The notes beneath the pieces were generated by a model. The model saw only the letters and a list, made by a program, of their open reading frames with translations, had not been told where the DNA came from and searched no databases. The position numbers were made by a program, and so were the translations under genes. This document shows, piece by piece, positions 1 to 9,400 of a stretch of 64,000 bases of DNA (positions within the stretch are counted from its first letter, which is position 1; the number at the start of each line of letters is the position of its first letter). Source of the DNA: an uncultured bacterium (GTDB lineage: Bacteria > Poribacteria > WGA-4E > WGA-3G); assembly GCA_964523645.1 (NCBI GenBank), contig CAZGAW010000004.1, forward strand, positions 8,284 through 72,283, written 5' to 3'.

Positions 1-45
1 CGTTAAGCACTTCATACAGATCGCAAAAACATTGCAGGAAAATTA

Positions 46-1503
46 ATGAGAAACATCCTCGAAAATCCCTTCGCACCACGCCAATATGGGCAACTTGTTA
101 AAGTAACAGAACGGGTGTATCTCTTTCGCAATATTGTAAACTCCTCTATTATCATTGGAGATAAAGGGGTCGCGGTAATTGATACACAGGTAAACCAAAT
201 GATGGCAGGACGGTTACGCAATGCCATCCGTACTATCACAGACAAACCAATTCTGTACGCAATTAACACCCATTACCACTGGGATCATACCAACGGAAAC
301 ACTGTTTTTCATGAAGTCGGCGCAACGGTTGTCGCGCGCGAGATGACCAAAGACTTTATGGTGAACAGGTCACCACGCCAGGAAGCATTCCTGCGCTCCC
401 GCGGTTTTACATTGGGCGATCCTCCCTTTCTACCACAACAGACGTTCATACACGAAACTGAACTCGATTTAGGTAATCAACCGCTACACCTCGTTCACTT
501 AGGAAAGGCAGAAACGGATGATGCCACTGCCATCAGGATTCCAGCAGAAGATTGCATCGCTTCTGGGGATACTGTCATGACAGGTAGTTTCCCTATCTTT
601 GGACAACCGGTTATGAATGAAGGGCTCATGGCGAACCACGATTGGGTTAACACAATTAAGGAACTCCAGACATACGCACCTAAATCTGTACTGCCGGGGC
701 ACGGTCCCTTGGCGCATGACGCTGAAATTGATCTGTTGCTTAAGATTGAATCTTATTTCCTGACAGAGGTTCGAAAACGTGTTGAACAAGGTATGCCCTT
801 AGACAGACTCCTAACTGAAATGGAAGCTAACTTACCCGACTGGATTCGCGCTATCGCCGAAGTGTGGGGAACACCTCGTTATGCAATTTTAAGAGTATAT
901 CGCGGTTTAATCGACGATCCAGAGCCGGGCTGGCAACATCTGAAACCTTCAGTCATTCCTGTTGCGGACACCGAAAAACTTCACCAAAAAACACATGAAC
1001 TCGAAGACTTTGAGGCGTACCGAGAAACCGCCGAAGAGGTTGCAGAGGGCAATGACTTTGGCTTAGCAATTGCTATCTTAAAAACCGCAACCGAAAAGTA
1101 TCCTAACCTACCCGACGCGTGGACAGAATATGCAAACTTACTTACACAAGCATCGCGTACTGTGTCAAGTGTCCTTGAGAAAGGCGACTTCTTCGTCGAA
1201 GCCAAGAAGGCACTTAATATTGCTCTTGAATTAGACCCCAATCACGCACCGGCACATCTGTTGCGCGGATACAACCACATTCTTTCTGCCTATCGTAATG
1301 GCGATGAAACAAAAACAGGATTGGAGTCCATCTATAAAGCCCTTGTCCTCGGAATTCAAGGTGCACAACTCGCACAAGCATACTTCTGTATCGGACTCGC
1401 ACACCGCACAAATGGAGACGAGACCCTGGCACGTGAGGCTTTTGCAAAGGCAATTGCCGCTGACCCAAGATATATGCCAGCACAGTTAGCAAATATGGCA
1501 TAG
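46..1503 (+). CDS. MBL-fold metallo-hydrolase with C-terminal TPR-like repeats
   Basis: ATG at 46 follows an aggaaaa RBS-like stretch. The protein carries the metallo-beta-lactamase zinc motif in THYHWDHTNGN, and its C-terminal third is helical TPR-like repeats. Confidence 0.7.
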   Translation: MRNILENPFAPRQYGQLVKVTERVYLFRNIVNSSIIIGDKGVAVIDTQVNQMMAGRLRNAIRTITDKPILYAINTHYHWDHTNGNTVFHEVGATVVAREMTKDFMVNRSPRQEAFLRSRGFTLGDPPFLPQQTFIHETELDLGNQPLHLVHLGKAETDDATAIRIPAEDCIASGDTVMTGSFPIFGQPVMNEGLMANHDWVNTIKELQTYAPKSVLPGHGPLAHDAEIDLLLKIESYFLTEVRKRVEQGMPLDRLLTEMEANLPDWIRAIAEVWGTPRYAILRVYRGLIDDPEPGWQHLKPSVIPVADTEKLHQKTHELEDFEAYRETAEEVAEGNDFGLAIAILKTATEKYPNLPDAWTEYANLLTQASRTVSSVLEKGDFFVEAKKALNIALELDPNHAPAHLLRGYNHILSAYRNGDETKTGLESIYKALVLGIQGAQLAQAYFCIGLAHRTNGDETLAREAFAKAIAADPRYMPAQLANMA

Positions 1504-1513
1504 GAGAAATAAA

Positions 1514-2464
1514 ATGAAATACGATAGCGTTTTATTGGTTGCATTCGGTGGACCAACACCCGGTTGCTGCCAAAAATACAACGGCGATGCGTGTCCCGGT
1601 GAAGCCTACTGTTTTGTGGAGGGGATTGCTGGGAGTGCTGAATCTCAAAAAGAACGCGTAAAAGACATCTCAGCTCACTACGTGAAATTGGGCGGATTTT
1701 CGCCATTCAACGAACTCACTTTCAAACAAGCCGATGCATTAAAAACCGCACTGCAAGCGCGCGATCTACTACTACCCGTTTACGCTGGATTCAGGCATTG
1801 GAATCCGTATTTAAAAGAAGTTATCGCGGAAATGGCGCAAAAAGGACACCGAAAAATACTCGGCATTATCATGGCACCACACCAATCCAAAGTCAGTTGG
1901 GAGTGGTACCAACAAACCGTAAAAAAAGGAATCGATGCAGTTGATGGTGAGAAACCGACTATTGATTATCTCGACCCGTGGTACACACACAAAGGTTACG
2001 TTGGTGCCATCGCCGAAATCATCGAAAACGCATGTGGGGACAAGTTAGCACGCGCCGAACTTGTTTTCACGGCACACGCAATTCCGCAATCAGCGGCGGA
2101 TACTTCACCCTATACACAACAATTTGGAAAGACTGGCGAGGCAGTCGCTAAACAAATCGGAAAGCCTCGGTTCGGTTTAGCATACCAGAGCGAGGTAGAA
2201 AATAGCCCTATCCCATGGACACAACCCGATATTAACGATTGGCTTAAAGCTCGAAAGGAAGAAGGCATTGATACTGTTGTCACTTCACCAATCGGCTTTC
2301 TTTGTGACCACGTTGAAGTGCTCTACGATTTGGATATAGAAGCGGCAGAAACAGCCGAAACGTGCGGTATCGACTTTATTCGAGCAGGCACGGTCGGTGC
2401 CCATCCGAAATTTATCAATATGTTAGCAGATTTTGTGTCTGAGGCAGCTGCGAGAAAAGAATAA
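1514..2464 (+). CDS. hemH: ferrochelatase (Firmicute/CpfC-like type)
   Basis: Aligns along its length with B. subtilis HemH by recall: VLLVAFGGPT, FTAHAIPQ (SAHSLP motif), IGFLCDHVEVLYDLDIE and PKFINMLADFV. It has an unusual N-terminal Cys-rich insert, GCCQKYNGDACPGEAYC. Confidence 0.85.
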   Translation: MKYDSVLLVAFGGPTPGCCQKYNGDACPGEAYCFVEGIAGSAESQKERVKDISAHYVKLGGFSPFNELTFKQADALKTALQARDLLLPVYAGFRHWNPYLKEVIAEMAQKGHRKILGIIMAPHQSKVSWEWYQQTVKKGIDAVDGEKPTIDYLDPWYTHKGYVGAIAEIIENACGDKLARAELVFTAHAIPQSAADTSPYTQQFGKTGEAVAKQIGKPRFGLAYQSEVENSPIPWTQPDINDWLKARKEEGIDTVVTSPIGFLCDHVEVLYDLDIEAAETAETCGIDFIRAGTVGAHPKFINMLADFVSEAAARKE

Positions 2465-2694
2465 ATTAGAATTTACGTACTTCGTTGGTAGGTGCGGTTT
2501 CATGAAGATTAACTTTACTAATTCGGTAATTTCTTATCCGCACAAAGCAAAACTACCCCTGCTGCTGGCGAGGTGTTTTTGCTGGAGTGTTTCCCTCCTA
2601 ATCTCGTCACATTACCGAGTTATTTTTTTACTTCATCTAACCGCACTGAGCCGATGTCTGTAGGGTATGTCTTGTGCCTGCCCTCCCAAAAATT

Positions 2695-4113
2695 ATGTCG
2701 GAGAACTCGGTGAAAAAACATGCCATCGTTATCGGAGGAGGTATCACGGGTTTAGCGGCGTGCTACCGCTTACAGCGTGAGGCAGCCGCGCGTGGTATTC
2801 CCCTTGATATTACACTCCTTGAGGCAAGTGACCGTGTCGGTGGTGTTATTCAAACCGAACATCGCGATGGGTTTCTCATTGAACACGGTCCCGATGCATT
2901 TATTTCCACTAAACCAGCGGCAAAGGCGTTGTGCGAAGAACTGGATATCGCAGATCAATTCATTGGAACCAACCCAAAGGTCCGTCGGAGTTTTGTAATC
3001 CGAAACGGGGCGTTGTATCCTGTCCCTGAAGGGTTTTATATGATGGCGCCAGGATCGCTCGTGCCGTTTTTAAAGACACCGCTCTTCAGCTGGCGCGGCA
3101 AACTGCGAATGGCAATGGACCTTTTTATTCCGCGCAGGGAAAGAGATACAGATGAGGCTGTAGCACACTTCGTCAGGCGCCGTCTTGGTACTGAAGCGTT
3201 CACACGGATGGCACAACCTATGATTGGAGGTATCTATACCTCGGATGCCGAAAATTTGAGCCTAAAGTCGACATTCCCCAGATTCTTGGAAATGGAAAAA
3301 GCGCATGGAAGTATTATCAAGGCACTCCGAGCACAGAAAAAGCAAGCCGCTCAAACCAGTCGAGACACAAGCGGAGCACGTTATAGCCTTTTTCTTTCAT
3401 TTAAATCCGGAATGCAGACCCTAATCAATACGCTTATCGAAGCATTCTCTGGCAATATCAGATTAGGTGCCAGAGTAGAACGTATTCAGCAAGCGAGCGA
3501 TAGCAGCCTGTGGCGCGTTTCACTTGCTAATGGAGAAACCCTAAGTTCAGAACTTCTCTGCCTGGCACTTCCAGCCCTACAAACAAGCACACTCATTGAA
3601 GGTGTATCAAGTCCTCTTGCTACAAAACTCGACACGATTCCCTACACCTCCTCGGCAACAGTCAATTTAGCATTCCACCGAACAAATGTCACACACCCCT
3701 TAGACGGCATGGGATTTGTTGTACCTGCTACAGAAAATCTGTCTCTTATTGGGTGTTCCTTCAGTAGTGTTAAATTTGAAGACCGCGCCCCAACTGATTA
3801 TGTCTTATTGCGTGCCTTCGTTGGTGAACCCACGTCGAAAAAAAACGAAGCGGAACTCATTGAATTGTGTCAAGCAGATTTAAAGCCACTTCTCGGACTC
3901 AGAAATGTTCCACGATTTGCCATCGTTAGCAAGCATTCCCAAGCAATGGCACAATATCAGGTAGGACACCAAGAAGTTGTTGAGGGTATAGAACAGTTTA
4001 CAAACGAATTGCGGGGACTTGCACTTGCAGGAAATGGTTACCACGGGATTGGTATTCCAGACTGTATTCGGAGCGGCGAAGCGGCGGCACTTTCCCTTTT
4101 AAATCAACTATGA
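2695..4113 (+). CDS. hemY: protoporphyrinogen/coproporphyrinogen III oxidase, HemY/CgoX family (FAD-dependent)
   Basis: N-terminal FAD Rossmann motif HAIVIGGGITGLAA and overall HemY-like length. The alternative GTG start at 2674 is in frame. The stop overlaps the start of the next gene. Confidence 0.75.
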   Translation: MSENSVKKHAIVIGGGITGLAACYRLQREAAARGIPLDITLLEASDRVGGVIQTEHRDGFLIEHGPDAFISTKPAAKALCEELDIADQFIGTNPKVRRSFVIRNGALYPVPEGFYMMAPGSLVPFLKTPLFSWRGKLRMAMDLFIPRRERDTDEAVAHFVRRRLGTEAFTRMAQPMIGGIYTSDAENLSLKSTFPRFLEMEKAHGSIIKALRAQKKQAAQTSRDTSGARYSLFLSFKSGMQTLINTLIEAFSGNIRLGARVERIQQASDSSLWRVSLANGETLSSELLCLALPALQTSTLIEGVSSPLATKLDTIPYTSSATVNLAFHRTNVTHPLDGMGFVVPATENLSLIGCSFSSVKFEDRAPTDYVLLRAFVGEPTSKKNEAELIELCQADLKPLLGLRNVPRFAIVSKHSQAMAQYQVGHQEVVEGIEQFTNELRGLALAGNGYHGIGIPDCIRSGEAAALSLLNQL

Positions 4114-4121
4114 GGAACGTG

Positions 4122-5141
4122 ATGAATCTTACGATAACGCGTCGAAGTATCGCTGTCGCAAGTTTGGGACTATTTGGATGCCTGTTAGTGATATTACTCG
4201 GAAACCTCGTGTCTCGTGCTGAAAACGCCACAGCTCCCGTGGCAGAAGCATATCAGGGTTTTCAGGAAGGGAAGTGTAAAAGCTGTCACCCCGCAATCTG
4301 GAGGGAATGGGAAAATTCAATGCATGCGAAGGCATGGGTTGACGAAATCTATCAAGAAGTTGCAAATCAAATTGAAGATAGAGAAACAAAATGTGACGGA
4401 TGTCATGCTCCTCAACCGATCCTCATCACAGGTATTGGAGAAATTCCAGAACTGAGAAACGAACAGCGGGAAGCAGGTGTTTCGTGTCTTGTCTGTCACC
4501 TTGATGCTGAGGGGGCGATGCACGGACCGCCAGCAAGTGCAGAAACCTATTTTCACGCTAACGTAACCAATGCCATTTATACTTCACCAACAACGCTCTG
4601 TGGCACCTGCCATGGTCAACCGACCGTACCTGAACATGACCAAGTTTCCAGTTTTCTGAATAGCAAATTCGCTGAGGAAAATAAGAGTTGTACAACGTGT
4701 CACATGCCAGTTGTGAACCGACTACAAAGCACAGCCAGTTACGAAAGCACTAAAGGTAGGAAACATACGTGGCGCGGTAGCCGGAGTGTTGCACAACTTA
4801 GGCGCGCTGCCACGCTTCAATTTGAAATCGCCTCCGAAAAACTGAATCTAGGAATCCAAAGTAAGACAGGGCACATCTTGCCGGGTGGGACCTTGCGTAC
4901 TATCGTTCTTGAAGTGAAATTTCTCTCTCCAGATGGTACCGAGCGGCAGAAAGATCGAACTTCAATTTCATCTGGAAATCAAAATAGGCTTCTCCCTAAC
5001 GAGCACAGAACTTACGTTTTTGACGCTTCGTCCAGAGCGACTGGCGACACAATCAAAGTTCGGTTGATGTACCAACTAACACCGAAAACACCAGAATCCG
5101 AGTGGGTATTGATGGCAGAAAAAACCCACCTCGTCCCTTAA
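4122..5141 (+). CDS. secreted pentaheme c-type cytochrome
   Basis: AGGAA RBS before ATG at 4122. A signal-peptide-like N-terminus is followed by five CxxCH heme-binding motifs: CKSCH, CDGCH, CLVCH, CGTCH and CTTCH. Confidence 0.75.
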   Translation: MNLTITRRSIAVASLGLFGCLLVILLGNLVSRAENATAPVAEAYQGFQEGKCKSCHPAIWREWENSMHAKAWVDEIYQEVANQIEDRETKCDGCHAPQPILITGIGEIPELRNEQREAGVSCLVCHLDAEGAMHGPPASAETYFHANVTNAIYTSPTTLCGTCHGQPTVPEHDQVSSFLNSKFAEENKSCTTCHMPVVNRLQSTASYESTKGRKHTWRGSRSVAQLRRAATLQFEIASEKLNLGIQSKTGHILPGGTLRTIVLEVKFLSPDGTERQKDRTSISSGNQNRLLPNEHRTYVFDASSRATGDTIKVRLMYQLTPKTPESEWVLMAEKTHLVP

Positions 5142-5145
5142 AGTG

Positions 5146-5892
5146 CTAATCATTCATATTCGGCAACGAATCAAAGCCCAGTAACCGTTTTAAGGTCGGT
5201 GTTGCACGTGAGATTACTTCGTCCGAGACCAATTCAAGATGTGCCTGCTGCGGTTTCAGCATAGAACGACAGAAAAAACCGAGTAACCCAACACGCGGTA
5301 CATTCGTTCTATTTTCTGAAGAACCGTGCCATATCGCACCGTTGACAATTAAAACAGAACCTCGCGGCCCACAGATCTGTAGTTCGTCGGCATATGCTAC
5401 ACCTGATTCAGGCAGGGCTTCAAGCCGTCGATGGCTCCCCGGTACACAACTGGTTGCTCCATTTTCAAGCGTCCAGTCGTCTAAAAACCACACGCTGTTG
5501 GCAACCATCGGAAAACTGGGTCGCGGTGTTGGTAGCCCAGATAATGGATAATCAATATGGAGGCCGGCATCAGGTGCACCTGGGTAAAGAACATTTACGG
5601 TGAAAGAACTCAGTGTGCAATCAGCACCGAGCAAATATTCCATCGTAGCGAGCATCTTTGGCTCCTGAATAGCTTCTTCAAACGGCTTGCCTTTGTCAAC
5701 AAGATTCCAGACGCGTTGGGCAGTGTCATTCGTAAGATATGTATGGCTTTTGCCGGTTTTCTGTTCCGCTGCAGCGAGTGCCAAAGCGCACTCTCGGAGC
5801 CGCGTCGTTGTATCTGGAGGTATAAGACCTTCCAGCAGCAAAAAACCGTGCTGATCTAATTGTTGCTTTTCAAGTTCAGTCAAGATAGCCAT
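5146..5892 (-). CDS. phytanoyl-CoA dioxygenase (PhyH) family Fe(II)/2OG oxygenase
   Basis: GGAGAAA RBS. Length is PhyH-like, with a double-stranded beta-helix His/Asp signature and similarity to the other PhyH paralogs in this window. Confidence 0.6.
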   Translation of the reverse strand: MAILTELEKQQLDQHGFLLLEGLIPPDTTTRLRECALALAAAEQKTGKSHTYLTNDTAQRVWNLVDKGKPFEEAIQEPKMLATMEYLLGADCTLSSFTVNVLYPGAPDAGLHIDYPLSGLPTPRPSFPMVANSVWFLDDWTLENGATSCVPGSHRRLEALPESGVAYADELQICGPRGSVLIVNGAIWHGSSENRTNVPRVGLLGFFCRSMLKPQQAHLELVSDEVISRATPTLKRLLGFDSLPNMND

Positions 5893-5957
5893 TTTTTTTC
5901 TCCGATGTTATTTTTCTTGACAGTTTAAGCGTTTTTTGTTAATATGTCAAACAGATT

Positions 5958-5989
5958 GAAGATTTCTACGAAAATAGCCAGAAATCTTC
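5958..5989. promoter_or_regulatory. perfect 10-bp inverted repeat GAAGATTTCT-N12-AGAAATCTTC (candidate operator)
   Basis: Read directly from the sequence in the divergent intergenic region between the PhyH gene and the giant surface-protein gene. Confidence 0.3.
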
Positions 5990-6009
5990 AGACAAATTTG
6001 AAATTTTGA

Positions 6010-6038
6010 TTTGACATATTTTGAGAATTGTGGTATTA
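6010..6038 (+). promoter_or_regulatory. sigma70-like promoter TTGACA-N17-TATTAT
   Basis: Consensus -35 (6010-6015) and near-consensus -10 (6033-6038) with a 17-nt spacer. It lies about 440 nt upstream of the 6486 start codon. Confidence 0.35.
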
Positions 6039-6485
6039 TTATATAGGCGGACTGCAATTTATATCGATGATATACCGATGCGGCGGGAACGTATTTTTTA
6101 CCGATTGCACAAAACATCACGTAACTGCAGGACGATTTCGTTTACCGGTCTTGTCCGTGTAACGCAATACCTCTGACATTTAACGATTAAATGTTTGCTT
6201 AATTTTGCCACTTTATGTTAAAATAAATAATAGAAAAATTCCCGCAGGGTCAAACCGTTAAAGTTAAATGCCCGCTTTTCATTTGTTTTTGACCTTTGCC
6301 ATAGGCTATACTAAACCTATCCTACGGCTACATCGGTATCGGGAAATTTTAACGCTCGTTGGTAGGATGTTGATTGGATGGGCGGACATCTACCCCAGTC
6401 GTCTTTGTTGTATTCTCGCTTGCCCATCTAAGAAACTCAGTACTTAGTCTTGCGAGCGCGCAGACTTAACGAGGAGGATGAGTTA

Positions 6486-9400
6486 ATGAAAAAACGAACA
6501 CTCGTTTGTTTTTTGATTTTTACATTGTGTGTTCTTTACACTTCAACCCCGAATACTGTTTTCGGGCAAGAAGCTTCTCTTGCACAACAGGTAGCCGCAA
6601 AATACAGCGAGACGCTTCAACGTGAGGATATTCAAGCAGTCCTACCAGCGGTTCTGGAAGGACTCAAAGACCCAGAAATTCAACCCCTTCTGAACCCCGC
6701 GACTATTGGTCTCGTCGTTGACAATCCGGATCTCCTAACGCAATTCGTTCCAGATATAGATCCCCAATTCGTAACCCTTCTGAAAGAGGACGCTGAACTT
6801 CAAGCACTGCTCAGCGATCCATTGGTGCATGCATTGCTCCAAGATCCGGCGGCGATTGATGAGCTTGCAGCGTTATTGAATGTTGGCGCAGAACCTCCAG
6901 TCGTTGAACCACCCGTCGTTGTTGGACCTCCGGTTGTTGTTGAGCCACCTGTGGTTGTTGAACCTCCGGTTGTTGTTGAGCCACCCGTTGTTGAACCGCC
7001 ACGAATGGAAGCTCCATCGCCAGAACCATTTGAGTTGCTTGAAATGCCTCGTGGCGAAGCACTTCTCGGTGGTATTTCCCTAAATACAGCTTCTGGAAGG
7101 CGATTTGTGGAGCAGATAGTCGCTGCATTAGGGCTGCCAGCTTCTCAAGCAGATGCTTTCGTGGATGCAATCCTTGAACAAGTGCCAAGAGGCTTTCTCC
7201 CTAAAAAGCAGATTCGGCAGATTTTAACCTCAAGCCACCAATCTGTTGCTTTTGCACATGAAGCAAGCCAATTAGATGCTGATAACTTCGGAAATGCTAT
7301 AACGCCGAATTTCGCGGATTTCACCTACTTAGAGCAGAGCAGCAAACACCTCACCAGCGATAGCATGCACGTTTATACCCGTGTTCCATCAGCAAATGTT
7401 GGCGGTGTTGTATTTAACCTTACAGACGGTAGAACTTTTGAGGGTATGGAGATTACGTCAGAAAGCATGATCCCATATACCTTTCGATTGGAAGAAACAC
7501 TCGCTGCTACAAACCTACCCGCATGGCCCAGTTTAGATACCCAATTGTTCGATAGTGTTGTTCTCCATTATTCAAACACCGGTCCCAACGGAAATTACAG
7601 TCCTGCTGACATGCAGAGAAATGGGGACACTTGGGAAGTAGAAGTCCCTATCCAGACAGGTAGCAGTACCTATTACTACTTTGAAGTTACACTCACTGAA
7701 CCCGTGGAATTCATGACGTTGAGTCGCGAGAAACTCGCCGAGATATTTCAGGACCCGCACACTATGTCTCTGGCAGCGATCTTAGACGCAACCACGGTAC
7801 TTGATGTTACGAGTTGGGCAATGCCTGACCCGCGTAACCTTCAGTTAGCGGATCGCGGTATTATCGACGCGTTGTTCGATGCTGATGTACAAGCTGCATT
7901 TCTAAGTGTGTTTGGTTCACCTCAGGCAGCTGCCCTAAGAGCAAAAGTGCTAAGTGGCCAGCAGGTTACCTTAAATGAAGTTCTGGGGATCATTTCACCA
8001 AAACAACAGCGTACACTTCAGAACCTGTTGCTCCGGAACACGAATCGACTGACGCAGAAATTTGAAGAATCATTTGATCCGATGCTGGCTTCTGTCTTTA
8101 CGCTGCCAAAAATTAGCCCCGGAACATCGTTCTGGTTTAAACGCATTGACCATATTGCTGATGGGCCCAATCAACAATTAGAGGCTTTAGTACTCGATGC
8201 TGACGGAGTACCAGTAGATCAGATTATTGAAACCTTCACCGTTGACACCAAGGCACCGGAAGCAAGCATTCACATTACACCCGGTGATGCAAATACTGCT
8301 GGCTACTCGAATAACGAAGGTATCTACGTTGCCACCGCCCATCACCCGGGTAACGTAATACTCAATGTTACAGGCGAGCCGAAACATGCTTATGCAGGTC
8401 AAGGTGTAGGTCCAGGCGAAGGATATTTGCTCTATCAGGAAATCGGACTTGATGCCCATGGCGTGCCACACACTAATTGGATGCCACTGACAATTGAGTC
8501 TACCATGTTGTCCTCCAGGATTTGGATTTCCGTCCTTGAACGAAATGAAGACCAGATTATCTCTCTCCTGAAGCAAAACTTTCCACAACTTGTTGGTGGA
8601 CTTGATGATGCGTCAATACTGAGTCTCGCAAAGACTACCAGTCCCGAGGCAGTTTTGGCACTAATTTCGCCAGGAACTATTCAAACTTCCGCTAATTCAT
8701 TTTTCAAAAGTTTAGGGTTAAGGAACTTCAACTTAACCGATGCCCAAGCGGCAACGATACATCAAGCCTTAGGCGGCTCGATAAAAATTCTTGATGAACT
8801 CGTACCGGTTACCTTTGACGCACCACACACTGTGAAGATGGTTGTCCCGCAAGGGGTTTATGGCGACTATGGTGTTCGGGCAATGGGAATCGATATGCTC
8901 TTTAACGTCGGTGCCTACGCTGAACCGACTCGCGTCAGAATCGTCATGCCAGAGAAAGATAAAGCGAGCATTACAGCTGCCAGTATCGGCGACCGAAACG
9001 GCGATGGTGATGCTGATGAACCCTATGAAAGTGGAACTATCTTCTCCAATACTACAGATGGCGTGATGCTAACGGTCAATCTTGATCACCGCTCACCACA
9101 TCCTGCATCCATCCATGTAGAATATATGGACGCAAATGGAGCATGGCAACCCGTCGGTGAAGCACAGATGTTCGCTGAAGGCGAAGGTGAAACAGGATCA
9201 ACCTTTGAAGTGAGTTGGGATGTCACTGATTTTGATGCGTTAGCGAGCGCAGGTGATTCCGTCATGGTACGCGCCGTGGCAATGAACTACCTCCAACTGA
9301 CACACGTGTCCGAACCGTTCTCAATAAAATTGGATGATGATGTTCACCCGGTTGACCTTGAGGTGTTAGCACTCGTTCTTGACCCTGAATCGATTACGGA

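Noticed and set aside
2433-2663. 76-aa ORF between hemH and hemY
   Set aside because: Low-complexity hydrophobic translation with no RBS. It lies in the promoter or intergenic region and is probably spurious.
6283-6312. Second promoter-like TTGACC...TATACT nearer the giant gene
   Set aside because: The spacer is only about 12 nt, which is not compatible with sigma70 spacing.
6895-7005. Short direct repeats considered as a possible CRISPR array
   Set aside because: They are in-frame coding repeats (PPVVVE) with no spacer and repeat alternation, and no cas genes are nearby. The same applies to the WD40 repeats at 56.4-58.5 kb.
6811-7188. Antisense ORFs inside large genes (for example 6811-7188, 11241-11777, 44440-45033, 26546-27064, 30163-30636)
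   Set aside because: They are entirely embedded opposite well-supported genes. Their translations are compositionally biased, and no independent signals support them.
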